Positions 9,248 through 19,265 are shown, counted from the first letter of the whole stretch. The stretch: DNA of 61,276 bases, filler included, from 5 parts of 5 records of this genome joined end to end with filler, not necessarily neighbours in it; one strand, 5' to 3'. Notes: generated by a model from the letters alone, not told the origin. Program-made: numbers and translations.

Positions 9248-10063
9248 TCAAATGATCGCGCCACGCACTTTGGCGGAAACCCATTCAGAGATCACAACAG
9301 CCGCCAGAATGACCAAGAGGATCAGCGACACCTGCGGCCATGCCAAGACGTTCAACGAAGACGATAGCTGCAAACCGATGCCGCCTGCCCCGACCAGACC
9401 AAGAACGGTGCTTTCGCGGATGTTGATGTCCCAGCGGAACACGGCAATGCCGGCAAATGCGGGCAGGATCTGTGGCACAATGCCATAGGCCATGACCTGC
9501 CAGCGCGAGGCGCCGGTTGCGGTGATCGCCTCGACCTGGGTTTCGTCAATTTCCTCAATCGCTTCATACAGCAATTTGGCGCAGAACCCGATGGAGCGGA
9601 TCGCAATTGCGATCACCCCGGCAAACACCCCCGGCCCGATGATAGCAATCAGCAACAGCGCCCAGATGAGGGAATTGATCGAGCGGGTCGAGACGATGAT
9701 CAGCAGGGCAATGGGGCGGATGATAAAGCGCGAAGGCGTGGTGTTGCGCGCAGCAAGGAAGGCAACCGGCACCGCGAGGATCAGCGCAAAAATCGTGCCC
9801 AATGTCGCAATGTTCAGCGTATCCCAGATCGGTTTGCCCAATTGGGTGATATATTCCCATTTCGGCGGTGTGGCGCGGGTCCAGATATCGCTGGCGATGC
9901 GCGGGGCATCCCAAACGAAAAACCACGTGGTGGATTTGGAAATCTGCTGCCAGCAATAGGCGAAGATCGCGATACCAACCAGCCAGAGCGCCCAATGAAA
10001 CAGGCTTTCACGACCCGTGCGGCGCTGCCAGATCTTTAGACCTTTTGTGTCTTGTACCGGCAT
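9248..10063 (-). CDS. phnE: Phosphonate-type ABC transporter permease
   Basis: '[42 protein letters not shown]'. Confidence 0.9.
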   Translation of the reverse strand: MPVQDTKGLKIWQRRTGRESLFHWALWLVGIAIFAYCWQQISKSTTWFFVWDAPRIASDIWTRATPPKWEYITQLGKPIWDTLNIATLGTIFALILAVPVAFLAARNTTPSRFIIRPIALLIIVSTRSINSLIWALLLIAIIGPGVFAGVIAIAIRSIGFCAKLLYEAIEEIDETQVEAITATGASRWQVMAYGIVPQILPAFAGIAVFRWDINIRESTVLGLVGAGGIGLQLSSSLNVLAWPQVSLILLVILAAVVISEWVSAKVRGAII

Positions 10064-10884
10064 TATTGCACCCTCGCCCTGACAACACCTGACAGGTATT
10101 CCAGCGCCATCACAATCCCGATGATGATCAACAGGATCGCCGCTGCCGTGTCATATTCATAGCGGTCAAAGGCCGTGTTCAGCGTCGCCCCGATGCCGCC
10201 CGCACCAACCAGCCCCAGGATTGCGCTTTCGCGGAAATTGATGTCCAGACGATAGATGCTCAGGCCGATTAACCGTGGCATCACTTGCGGTTGCACCCCA
10301 TAGTTGATCCATTGTGTCCACCGCGCACCTGAGGCCTTGATTGCCTCTGCCTGCACGCGGTCCATGCTTTCGATGTCTTCTGCCAGCAGTTTCGACAGGA
10401 AACCGATGGTCGCAAAGCTAAGCGTCAGGAAACCGGCCAAGGGGCCAAAGCCGAAGATCGCCACCAGCAGGATCGCCACGATGATTTCCTGCAAGGCGCG
10501 GCTGACAGCGATGATCCCGCGACAGATCAGATAGATCGGCAAGGGTGCCACATTGCGCGCCGCACCCAGCGCAATTGGAATCGAAATCGCAATACCGACT
10601 ACCGATGCGGCAACGGTCATCACAATGCTTTCCACCATACCTTCCCAAATATCGCCAGAGCGCGAGGTGAAGTCAGGGCTGGTAAATGCAAGAATGAACT
10701 TCTTGCCCCGCTCCAAGCCTTCGTAAACCCGGGACCAGTTCACCTCCACGGTCAGATAGGCGGCGATAAGATACACGATAAACCCAAGGATCAGCGTCCA
10801 GCGCAGCCAGCTGCGTCGTACAAAGGGTGGTTTTTTCCACGGCTGTCCGATTCTGGTCTGCACGTCGAAAGCAGTGTCGCTCAT
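10063..10884 (-). CDS. phnE: Phosphonate-type ABC transporter permease
   Basis: '[38 protein letters not shown]'. Confidence 0.9.
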   Translation of the reverse strand: MSDTAFDVQTRIGQPWKKPPFVRRSWLRWTLILGFIVYLIAAYLTVEVNWSRVYEGLERGKKFILAFTSPDFTSRSGDIWEGMVESIVMTVAASVVGIAISIPIALGAARNVAPLPIYLICRGIIAVSRALQEIIVAILLVAIFGFGPLAGFLTLSFATIGFLSKLLAEDIESMDRVQAEAIKASGARWTQWINYGVQPQVMPRLIGLSIYRLDINFRESAILGLVGAGGIGATLNTAFDRYEYDTAAAILLIIIGIVMALEYLSGVVRARVQ

Positions 10885-11678
10885 AGCGCCACCTCAATTT
10901 CTTCTTCATCCTCATCGACGTCTTCGATGGTCGCTTCCCAGTCTTCTTCGCCGTAGATGCTGGTCAATACCTCCGGGGTCAGCCCCTCTGGCGGGCCATC
11001 GAATTTAATTGCCCCCAGTTGCAACCCAACGACCCGCTGCACAAACATCTGTGCCAGCGCCACGTCATGAATGTTGATGATCGCCGCCAAGCCTCGTTCT
11101 TTGCACAGCTCGCAAATCAGGCGCATGATCTGGCGTGAGGTTTTGGGGTCCAGCGAGGCGGTGGGTTCATCCACCAACAACAGCGCCGGGTTCTGGATCA
11201 AGGCGCGGCAGATGCCGACACGCTGGCGTTGCCCGCCAGACAGTTCATCCGCCCGTTTGTCCGCCATATGGGCAAGCCCCACACGGTCCAGTAACCGAAA
11301 CGCCTCATCCACATCGGATTGTGGAAACCGCCGCAGGAAGCTGCGCCAAAATCCGACATAACCCAGCCGCCCCGACAGCACATTTTCCATCACCGTCAGG
11401 CGTTCAACCAATGCATATTCCTGAAAAATCATGCCCATGCGGCGCCGCTCTCGGCGCAAACCACCTGTGGACAATCCGGTCAGCTCCACATCCCCCAGAT
11501 AGACCTTGCCCGATGTCGGCTCCACCAAGCGGTTGATGCAGCGGATCAATGTGGATTTGCCCGCACCGGAGGGGCCAATCAGGGCCAGCACTTGCCCCTC
11601 GGGGATTTCCAGATCAACAGCCTGCAACGCCTGATCGCCGGTTTTATAGGTCTTAACAAGTTTCTCAAGCCGCAGCAT
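10881..11678 (-). CDS. phnC: Phosphonate-type ABC transporter ATP-binding protein
   Basis: Walker [36 protein letters not shown]. Confidence 0.92.
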   Translation of the reverse strand: MLRLEKLVKTYKTGDQALQAVDLEIPEGQVLALIGPSGAGKSTLIRCINRLVEPTSGKVYLGDVELTGLSTGGLRRERRRMGMIFQEYALVERLTVMENVLSGRLGYVGFWRSFLRRFPQSDVDEAFRLLDRVGLAHMADKRADELSGGQRQRVGICRALIQNPALLLVDEPTASLDPKTSRQIMRLICELCKERGLAAIINIHDVALAQMFVQRVVGLQLGAIKFDGPPEGLTPEVLTSIYGEEDWEATIEDVDEDEEEIEVAL

Positions 11679-11761
11679 GAAGCTTCCCCGCCTCTATTAT
11701 TATCATTGTAAAAGGAATTCGCATGAATCAAGACGGGCCCGCAGGCCCGCCCGATCAAGGT

Positions 11762-12736
11762 TTATTCGCAAGAATAGCTGACACCATTTGCGGCGTCGAT
11801 CTTGCGGATCACTTCCCAGAATTCCTGATAGGTCATTGGCAGGAACTGGCCTTCGTTCGATTTCTCGAATTCGGCCTGAAGTGTGGTGCCTTCCCATTCA
11901 AAGTTGAAGAAGGCGTTGCGGATCTTGTCCTTCAGCTCTGGCGTCAGATTATGCGCCGTACCGAAGCCTGTGGTCGGGAATGTCTGTGATTTGTAAATCA
12001 CCTTGACCTGATCCTCGGTGATCACATCGCGGCTGAGCATCCGTGCCTTGACAGAGTTTGCAATTGAAGCGGCCATATAGTCCTTGTTGGCGACACCCAG
12101 GATCGAGTTGTCATGTTTGCCCGAATAGACCGGTTCAAAGTCGCGATCAGGCAGCAGATCAAAATCGCCTTTCAAAATCGCCGAGGGCGCTTTGAAGCCG
12201 GAATTGGACGTGGGTGAGGTAAACGCCAGCTGCTTGCCCTTGATATCCTCGACCTTTTCAATGCCGGAACCCGGATATGTGATGATTTCCATCTCATAGC
12301 CAAAATTGCCGTCCTTGGAGGCCATGATGGTAAACGGATTGAAGCCTGCGCAGTTCACCGCCAATGGGTTTGATCCGGTGTTGAAACCCGCGATATGCAA
12401 GCGGCCGGAACGCATGGCCTCAATCTGTGCCGCATTGTTCTGCACCGGGAAGAACACGACGGATTTACCGGTTTCCTTTTCCAGATGGGTCAAAAAGTCC
12501 GACCATGCGGTTTTATAGACAGCCGGGTCTTCAACAGGGGTATAGGCAAAGACAAGTGTATCGGGATCGACCAGCTCGGCGGGGTCGGTTGGTGTATCCG
12601 CGATCAGATCACCATTGATGTCGCAGTAACGCTCGTCCAGATCGCCGCGCGCGCATTCTTGCGCCGCTGCCGGGCCTGCCAAAGACATGGTAAACGCCAG
12701 TGCGGCACCGGATAAAAGTGAGTTCATTAGTTTCAT
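11762..12736 (-). CDS. phnD: PhnD-like phosphate/phosphite/phosphonate/phosphoester-binding protein
   Basis: Signal peptide, AQIEAMRSG, AFTSPTSNSGF, GKHD; GGAGG RBS; substrate not determinable from sequence. Confidence 0.85.
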   Translation of the reverse strand: MKLMNSLLSGAALAFTMSLAGPAAAQECARGDLDERYCDINGDLIADTPTDPAELVDPDTLVFAYTPVEDPAVYKTAWSDFLTHLEKETGKSVVFFPVQNNAAQIEAMRSGRLHIAGFNTGSNPLAVNCAGFNPFTIMASKDGNFGYEMEIITYPGSGIEKVEDIKGKQLAFTSPTSNSGFKAPSAILKGDFDLLPDRDFEPVYSGKHDNSILGVANKDYMAASIANSVKARMLSRDVITEDQVKVIYKSQTFPTTGFGTAHNLTPELKDKIRNAFFNFEWEGTTLQAEFEKSNEGQFLPMTYQEFWEVIRKIDAANGVSYSCE

Positions 12737-12819
12737 TTAGAATCCTCCCAGATATGGAAAGCTAGCCGGAACCCAAGGTTTTACAAAGCAAATTATGCCA
12801 GTAAGGGTGATATCGTACC

Positions 12820-13476
12820 CTACGTAACGATAATGCCGTGTGTGTCCCAATGGTCAAATCGCTCTGTCGGGTGCAGGTCCGGTAAGGGGTTATTCAGATA
12901 CCCGCCCGCAAAAAGGCGGAAAGGCACCATGGCATTGCGGGCTGTCTGAAAATCAACCGCACTGTCACCGACATAAAGTGCATTGGTCGCCGCGCACCCC
13001 AGCATTTCAAGGCATCTATGTAACATCTGTGGCTGCGGTTTTTTCGCCCGGTCCGGTTCGGCCCCAACAATCGCATCGAAATATTGTGAAAGGTCCAATT
13101 GGTCGCAAACCACCTGCGCCGGCGTGGTCAATTTATTGGTGCAAATGCCCAGTTTAAGCCCCTTGGCGCGAAACTGCTCCAACGCGGTGACAACCCCGTC
13201 ATAGGGGCGGGTCAGGGTTGTGATGTTGTCGTTATAGACCGCAAGAAGCACGGCAAGCGTGTCACGTTCAAGCGCTGGCGTCGTGCCGCCAGTCGCCTCA
13301 AGCGCGTGTGTTACCAGAGTTTCCACCCCATTGCCGATGAATGAAATAACCTTTGCCAGATCAAGCGGCCCGCGCCCGATCTTTGCCAATGCCGCGTTTG
13401 TGGCAAACTGGATGTCCGGTGCGCTATGGATAAGGGTCCCGTCAAGGTCGAAAACAATTGCTTCTAGGCGCGCCAT
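12820..13476 (-). CDS. gph: Phosphoglycolate phosphatase-like HAD hydrolase
   Basis: FDLDGTLIHSAPDI, FIGNG, CTNK, KKPQP, YVGDSAVD. Confidence 0.8.
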   Translation of the reverse strand: MARLEAIVFDLDGTLIHSAPDIQFATNAALAKIGRGPLDLAKVISFIGNGVETLVTHALEATGGTTPALERDTLAVLLAVYNDNITTLTRPYDGVVTALEQFRAKGLKLGICTNKLTTPAQVVCDQLDLSQYFDAIVGAEPDRAKKPQPQMLHRCLEMLGCAATNALYVGDSAVDFQTARNAMVPFRLFAGGYLNNPLPDLHPTERFDHWDTHGIIVT

Positions 13477-13536
13477 TTTCTGGCCTCCGATTATGTCATG
13501 ATAGGATCTGGGGTGTTTGATGGCCCGGTGGTCCCG

Positions 13537-14073
13537 TCACCGGTAGCGGTGGATCTGGCAGTTGTTGAGCATGAAACCGATGATTTCCTGAAATGCATTG
13601 CCATGGCCGACAACCGCAACGTCTTGGTCACCTATGCTGTCCAGCGCAGTCACAAACCCTGCGATCCGGCGTTGAAAGACCGCCATGGGTTCCGCAGGCA
13701 CAGGGACTGCAAGATCCTCATGGGCATGCCACCAACGCTCTGGCAGGTGGTCAAAGGACAGATCTGGAAAATCAGCGCCCAGCTGTGCTGGCGCGCGGCC
13801 GACGTCCCCACTGAATTTCAATAATTCATGATGACCATGCTGCACCTCGATTGGGGCGATGCCGTCAAATATCGTTCTTGCCGTCTGGATGGCACGGGTC
13901 AGAGGCGAGGTTATCACACGTGACACCCCAAGTGTTGCGATGCTTTCGCGGGCTTCGGCGGCCTGTTCAAACCCCAGCGGCGTCAGCGGTGCATCAAAGA
14001 TCAGCGGATCAACCTCACCCTTAAAGGCGGCGTTAAATTCCGATTGCCCATGTCGGATAAAATAGATGGCCAT
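13537..14073 (-). CDS. Histidine phosphatase (phosphoglycerate mutase-like) family protein
   Basis: FIRHGQS, DAPLTPLG, TSPLTRAIQTA, VGHG. Confidence 0.9.
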   Translation of the reverse strand: MAIYFIRHGQSEFNAAFKGEVDPLIFDAPLTPLGFEQAAEARESIATLGVSRVITSPLTRAIQTARTIFDGIAPIEVQHGHHELLKFSGDVGRAPAQLGADFPDLSFDHLPERWWHAHEDLAVPVPAEPMAVFQRRIAGFVTALDSIGDQDVAVVGHGNAFQEIIGFMLNNCQIHRYR

Positions 14074-14287
14074 CGTGATCATTCCTTTCAGATGGGCGGA
14101 CCCCCTGCCCTTGGTTCTGCCGCAGTCTGTTCTGGTCTAGTTGAACAGCACCGGAAACGCCATTGCGGCTGGTTAACCGCAGCCATCAGCCGGGACTGCG
14201 ACGAAACGACGGACCGCGCCCTCTTGCGCCAATGCCCGCCACGCCCCTAAAGATCACCACGGCGTTATTCAAACAAAGGGCTTGCTC

Positions 14288-14740
14288 ATGGAATTAGATA
14301 CACTCACGGCTTTCACACCGGGGGCATCGCTGTTCGGGGGGATCCTGATCGGGCTGAGCGCGGTCATGGTGATGGCCCTCTTTGGGCGCATTTCCGGTAT
14401 TTCCGGGATCACCAACGCAGTCTTGAACGGGCTAAGCCCGAATGCCAATCACGGCGGTGATCTGGGCTGGCGGGTCGCATTTATCCTTGGGCTGATCGCA
14501 GCCCCTGTGATCTATACCGCCGCCACCGGAAACCCTGTCTTGCAAACTGTCCCAACATCGCTGATCGGTATGGCCCTTGCCGGGATCATCGTGGGTTTGG
14601 GCACGGCCATCGGGTCCGGCTGTACCTCGGGGCATGGTGTTTGTGGGTTGGCGCGGCTTTCGCCCAGATCCTTGGCCGCGGTGCTGAGTTTCATGGCCAG
14701 CGCGGGTGTCACCGTGTTTGTTTTGCGGCATGTGGTTTAG
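14288..14740 (+). CDS. YeeE/YedE family sulfur-transport membrane protein (subunit A)
   Basis: GGILIG, GRISGISG, GSGCTSGHGVCGLARLSPRS. Confidence 0.92.
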   Translation: MELDTLTAFTPGASLFGGILIGLSAVMVMALFGRISGISGITNAVLNGLSPNANHGGDLGWRVAFILGLIAAPVIYTAATGNPVLQTVPTSLIGMALAGIIVGLGTAIGSGCTSGHGVCGLARLSPRSLAAVLSFMASAGVTVFVLRHVV

Positions 14741-14750
14741 GGGGATGGTC

Positions 14751-15161
14751 ATGCGCATATTTGCAGGATTGTTGGCCGGACTACTGTTTGGCGTAGGGTT
14801 GGTGGTGTCGGGCATGTCCGATCCGGCCAAAGTATTGAATTTCCTTGATGTCGCGGGCAGTTGGGATCCGTCACTGGCCTTTGTCATGGGCGGCGCATCG
14901 GTGACGACCTTTATCGGTTACCGCCTTGTGCTGCGCCAGCCAGCACCGAAACTGGCAGAGGTGTTTCAATTGCCAGCTGCCACACAGATTGATGCGCGTC
15001 TGCTGGGCGGTGCGGCTCTGTTTGGTCTGGGTTGGGGCATCGGTGGCTTTTGTCCGGGACCAGCCTGGACCGCCCTGACCCTGCTGGCACCCGGCACCAT
15101 GGTATTTCTGCCTATGATGTTGCTGGGGCTGTGGATCGGCAACAGGGTGTCGCAGCGGTAA
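14751..15161 (+). CDS. YeeE/YedE family membrane protein (subunit B)
   Basis: SGMSDPAKVLNFLD..WDPSLAFVM, FGLGWGIGGFCPGP. Confidence 0.92.
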   Translation: MRIFAGLLAGLLFGVGLVVSGMSDPAKVLNFLDVAGSWDPSLAFVMGGASVTTFIGYRLVLRQPAPKLAEVFQLPAATQIDARLLGGAALFGLGWGIGGFCPGPAWTALTLLAPGTMVFLPMMLLGLWIGNRVSQR

Positions 15162-15729
15162 AGCCTTCGATATATGGCCCAGAGGTTGCCGCCTTGCCGC
15201 CGCATTCCAACGGTATCAGCGGGCTGTGTTTTAAGAAGTGAGCAAGAATGGACGATCCCGCCCCGCCAAAAAACAACCGGCATAAAAAGATGTTTGAACT
15301 GTTACGCCAAGGCGACCTGCGCCCGCAAACTGGTGTGGATTCCCGCTCCGCTGCGATCACCGCGCGGTATTTGGACGGGGATGCGGCACACCGGTTTATC
15401 AACCGTGGGGTGACGTCACTAAGGCTGCAACAGGAAATACCCCGTGGTGATGCGGCACACGCGTTCCGCTTTCCGTTTGCCAAGAACTGGCCAATAAAAC
15501 ACCGTTAACCGGATGTTCGTGAACGGACGCTGCAAAGGCTAGCGCACGGGGTCCCGCTATGCCAATCCGCGATATCTGGGGAAAATAACGCTCGACACCT
15601 CAACCTATGGGGCAATTAAGTCGCTATTTTTCGCAAAAAGCGACTGAAAAGCTTATGAAATCTGGACATACTGCGCCATAGAGGGCATGATTTGCGGATA
15701 AATGAGCAGATAAGAACGCGAGAACCTCA

Positions 15730-16260
15730 ATGTATTTGTTTCCCCGAACAGTGTCTATCGGAGTGCTGTCCCTGCTTTGCTTGCTGCCCATGTCGGCGGC
15801 AGCGATTGGGCCGGATGATGTCGTAGGCGGTGACCCGGTGACGGAGCCACCGACACCAGATCCGGAGCCACCGACTCCTGAACCTCCGACGCCTGACCCT
15901 GAACCTCCGACGCCACCGGTGATCAACAAGGATCCGTCATTTAAAGGTGACGGCAAAGAACCCGTTGGCAAGGAAAAAACACCTGTCCCACCAACTAAGG
16001 TCATCGTGCCGGCACCCCCGACAAAGACAAACACCTATCCGGTGCATACGGGTGTGAATTATTGTCCGGCGGGCCTTCAGCCTGTGACGATTTCGGGCAG
16101 CATCAGCTGTGGGAAGCCCAACAAACCGGTGACCTATCAACAGATGTTGAAACATCCGCAGAAGAAAAAGACGATGCGGGTCAAGAAAACGCGTCAGGTG
16201 ATCCGTCGTTCGGCGGTGCCGACCTGTAACCCAGGGACCAAAGGGTGTTCTGACAGATAA
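15730..16260 (+). CDS. Secreted Pro-rich hypothetical protein with a Cys-containing C-terminal domain
   Basis: Signal-like N-terminus, four EPPTP repeats, 'NYCPAGLQPVTISGSISCGKPN' and 'CNPGTKGC'; followed by a terminator. Confidence 0.75.
   Translation: MYLFPRTVSIGVLSLLCLLPMSAAAIGPDDVVGGDPVTEPPTPDPEPPTPEPPTPDPEPPTPPVINKDPSFKGDGKEPVGKEKTPVPPTKVIVPAPPTKTNTYPVHTGVNYCPAGLQPVTISGSISCGKPNKPVTYQQMLKHPQKKKTMRVKKTRQVIRRSAVPTCNPGTKGCSDR
15844..15915 (+). repeat. Coding tandem repeat (EPPTP[DP])x4
   Basis: GAGCCACCGAC x2 and GAACCTCCGACGCC x2 visible in the DNA. Confidence 0.85.
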
Positions 16261-16306
16261 GCCAAACCGGGATCGGGTTCAGATCCGACCCGCGCTATGA
16301 AAATTC

Positions 16307-16348
16307 GGGGCGCGATTGGCATAACCGTCGGTCGCGCCCCATTTTTTT
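16307..16348 (+). terminator. Intrinsic terminator
   Basis: GGGGCGCGATTGGC / GTCGGTCGCGCCCC stem followed by T7. Confidence 0.8.
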
Positions 16349-16449
16349 GCCAATGGTCATCGGAATCCTGACAGTCGAACATCTTCCCACATCAGGGAGA
16401 TCAACGCATTGAGTGAGGTGCGGTGTTGTTTTGGCTCTAACGGGTTTTC

Positions 16450-17019
16450 CTAGAAGAATGCGCTGGCGTTCAGACCCACGGTGATTGCGCCAATCACATC
16501 CCCGGTTGCCGGGTCAGTGACCGCAAAAGACACCTGCCCCTGGTAAGTTTGTGTGCTTTCATCCAGATCAATTTCATCAACAAAGACCGACCCGGCCCCT
16601 TTGTTATAGGTCTGTTTGAATTTGGCCTCATCCCCTTGCCAATAATCCGAGGTGACACCGCTGGAAGCCACGTTCAGTCCATGGTGGTCCATCACAAAGA
16701 CTTCGGTGATGCGCCCGCCGGACTGACCCTGATGCTCGCGCAGGAATGTAGACAGCGGGGCGTTGAGAACTGTATCAATCATTGGTGTGCTGCTGCTGCC
16801 GACCTCAGCCCGCCAGGCGTTGTCCTTGGCGATAACCTCTGCCTCGGTTAATCCGCTGGTGACGCCGTTCTGTTCGGTGATGGCCTGCACGATCTGCGCA
16901 TCATTCACCCATTTCATCAGGTCATCATAGATATACTTTGACATTGCGGGGGGCACTTCTGCGGCCTGAACCATGGGGGCGGCAATAACGCTGAGCGCGA
17001 TAAGCGTCGATCTAAACAT
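16450..17019 (-). CDS. Stand-alone periplasmic PDC/Cache-like sensor-domain protein
   Basis: Signal peptide, 'EVFVMD..GLNVA..TSDYWQGDEAKF..VIGAITVG'; no TM or output domain. Confidence 0.72.
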   Translation of the reverse strand: MFRSTLIALSVIAAPMVQAAEVPPAMSKYIYDDLMKWVNDAQIVQAITEQNGVTSGLTEAEVIAKDNAWRAEVGSSSTPMIDTVLNAPLSTFLREHQGQSGGRITEVFVMDHHGLNVASSGVTSDYWQGDEAKFKQTYNKGAGSVFVDEIDLDESTQTYQGQVSFAVTDPATGDVIGAITVGLNASAFF

Positions 17020-17252
17020 GTCTGTTCCTTCGGTCTGAAAATTGAGTGGCGGATTGCAGCCGCGTGTTTTCAGACTAGGCGGAACCGGTTAAGGCCGCGT
17101 GAAACGCATGTGTTACAGATGGTTAAACATGCCACGTAAGGCTCTGATAAAAGTCAAATTTCTAAATGCAGCTGCGGTGAAGTGGTGATTTCTGCAAGCA
17201 ATTTGAATCGTTCTAGTGCTTTCCCGACAGCATCCACCGCAGGCAGCCCGGC

Positions 17253-18023
17253 CTAGTTGTCGCCCTTGAACCCCAAGGCCACAACGAATTTTTCCGAACT
17301 GTCCGAACGGCTGGCTGGCGGTTTCATGTTATGCACCTTGGTGAACCGCTGTTTCAACAGCTTTTGCAACTCTGACTCGGCACCGCCTGCCAGCACTTTG
17401 GCGACAAAGGTGCCGCCCTCTTCCAAGACATCAAAGGCGAAATAGGCCGCCGCCTCGCAAAGCGCCATGATCTTTAGGTGATCGGTTTTCTTATGCCCCG
17501 AAGAAGAGGCCGCCATATCCGACATTACCACATCAGCCTTGCCACCCAGCCATTCCTTGACCTGATCGTCGGCCCCCTCATCCATGAAGTCCAGTACATG
17601 CAGTTCACAGCCGGCAATCGGCTCCATCTCCTGCAAATCAACGCCAAGGATGGTACCCACGGCCTTGCCACTGCGTTCACCAAGGACGTTGGAGCGTTTC
17701 ACCGCCACCTGACACCAGCCCCCGGGTGCCGCCCCCAGATCGACAATCCGCGCGCCCGGCACAAGGAAACGGAACTTGTCGTCCAGCTCCATGATCTTAT
17801 AGGCGGCGCGTCCGCGATAACCTTCGGCCTTTGCACGTTTCACATAGGGGTCGTTCAACTGGCGTTGCAGCCAGCGGGTTGAGCTGGTGGTGCGGCCACG
17901 GGCAGATTTGACTTTGACCTTCAGGTCGCGCTGCCCCCGCCCGGAGGTGTTCTTTCCGGTGGTGGTTTTCTTGCCCGTGGGGGTCTTCCCCGCGCCACCG
18001 CTGCCTGTTGGTGTCTTGGCCAT
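17253..18023 (-). CDS. rlmE: 23S rRNA 2'-O-methyltransferase RlmE (FtsJ/RrmJ)
   Basis: [43 protein letters not shown]. Confidence 0.95.
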   Translation of the reverse strand: MAKTPTGSGGAGKTPTGKKTTTGKNTSGRGQRDLKVKVKSARGRTTSSTRWLQRQLNDPYVKRAKAEGYRGRAAYKIMELDDKFRFLVPGARIVDLGAAPGGWCQVAVKRSNVLGERSGKAVGTILGVDLQEMEPIAGCELHVLDFMDEGADDQVKEWLGGKADVVMSDMAASSSGHKKTDHLKIMALCEAAAYFAFDVLEEGGTFVAKVLAGGAESELQKLLKQRFTKVHNMKPPASRSDSSEKFVVALGFKGDN

Positions 18024-18024
18024 C

Positions 18025-19027
18025 TTAATACGTTCCTTCTTCCAATACGCCATCCGCCGACATCTGCGCATAAAGCAGACCCTCGCGCAGGCCACGGTCC
18101 GCCACACTCAACCGGTCGGTTGGCCAGCAGCGCATCAGCGCTTGCAGGATCGCGGCCCCCGACATGATCAGCGCCGCACGATCCGACCCGATCCGCGGAT
18201 CAGAGCGCCGCCCCGCTGGACCCATCGCCAGATAGGAATGGATCACCTTGTCGATCTGTGCCGATGTCATGCGCAGCCCGTCGATTTTGGTACGGTCATA
18301 GCGGCGTAATCCCAAATGGCTAGCCGCAACTGTCGTGACCGTGCCGGAGGTGCCAACAATCTGGAACCGTTCCTGTGGCTGCGCGGCCTGATAGGGGGTG
18401 AAATCCTGTAGGTTTTCCTCAAAAAACCAGCTCATCAAGGCAAACCGCGCCGCATCGTCATCCACATCAACAAACTGATCGCGCAGGGTGGCCACGCCCA
18501 GAGGTACGGAAATCCAATCGACAACCTTGGCCGCCGGAATATCGGTTTTGGCCTGATGAAACCCGGAATGCAGCCGCATGATGCTTTGCGCACGGTCCTT
18601 TTTCGGCACTTTGGAAATATCGATCCAGACCAGTTCCGTTGATCCGCCGCCAATGTCTACCACCAAGAGGTTTTCGGTCTTGTGATTGACCAGTGGCGCG
18701 CAGGAAATCACCGCCAGCTGCGCCTCTTCCTCGGGTTTGATGATATCAAGCACCAGACCAGTTTCGCGCTGGATCCGGCGCATGAAATCGGCACCGTTCA
18801 AGGCGCGCCGACAAGCTTCGGTGGCAACCAGCCGCATGCGTTTGACCTTATTGCGGCGCAGTTTCTGCTGACATATGCGCAGTGCCTGAATGGTACGCGC
18901 CATGGATCCGCGCGACAAACGCCCGGATTTTTCAAGGCCCGCCCCCAATTGGACGGACTTCGAAAAGCTGTCTACCACGTGAAAACCGCTGCCTTTCGGC
19001 TGGGCGATCAACATGCGGCAGCTATTT
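18025..19027 (-). CDS. ppx: Ppx/GppA phosphatase family protein (5' end cut by contig end)
   Basis: [32 protein letters not shown]. Confidence 0.9.
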
Positions 19028-19127
19028 NNNNNNNNNNNNNNNNNNNNNNNNNNNNNNNNNNNNNNNNNNNNTTAATTAATTAANNNNNNNNNNNNNNNNN
19101 NNNNNNNNNNNNNNNNNNNNNNNNNNN
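19028..19127. other. Artificial contig linker
   Basis: N44-TTAATTAATTAA-N44 (stop codons in all six frames). Confidence 0.98.
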
Positions 19128-19265
19128 CCCCAAACTCAACCCAGGGGCCGGTTTTTTGGTCACTGGAGGTGTTTACGATGAAATGCGAATGCGTCGATCG
19201 GAAGTGCCTGTTCAACCAAAGAGGAACTTCAGCCCATTGGAGCCGCCTTCAGGATATACCTGACG

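Noticed and set aside
9248-12736. Calling the cluster a phosphonate (C-P lyase) or phosphite utilisation operon
   Set aside because: No phnG-M, phnX/A/Z or ptxD in the contig; the phn symbols denote family membership only
12789-12803. Possible sigma54 promoter or Pho box upstream of phnD (minus strand CTGGCATAATTTGCT)
   Set aside because: GG-to-GC spacing is 8 nt rather than the required 10, and no second Pho half-site lies at 11-bp spacing
15841-15920. Short repeats as a possible CRISPR array
   Set aside because: Coding Pro-rich repeats without unique spacers; no cas genes
19072-19083. TTAATTAATTAA palindrome repeated four times in the window
   Set aside because: Always centred in N-runs of identical length; it is an artificial six-frame-stop linker. 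ORFs ending in X..LIN are artefacts of it.
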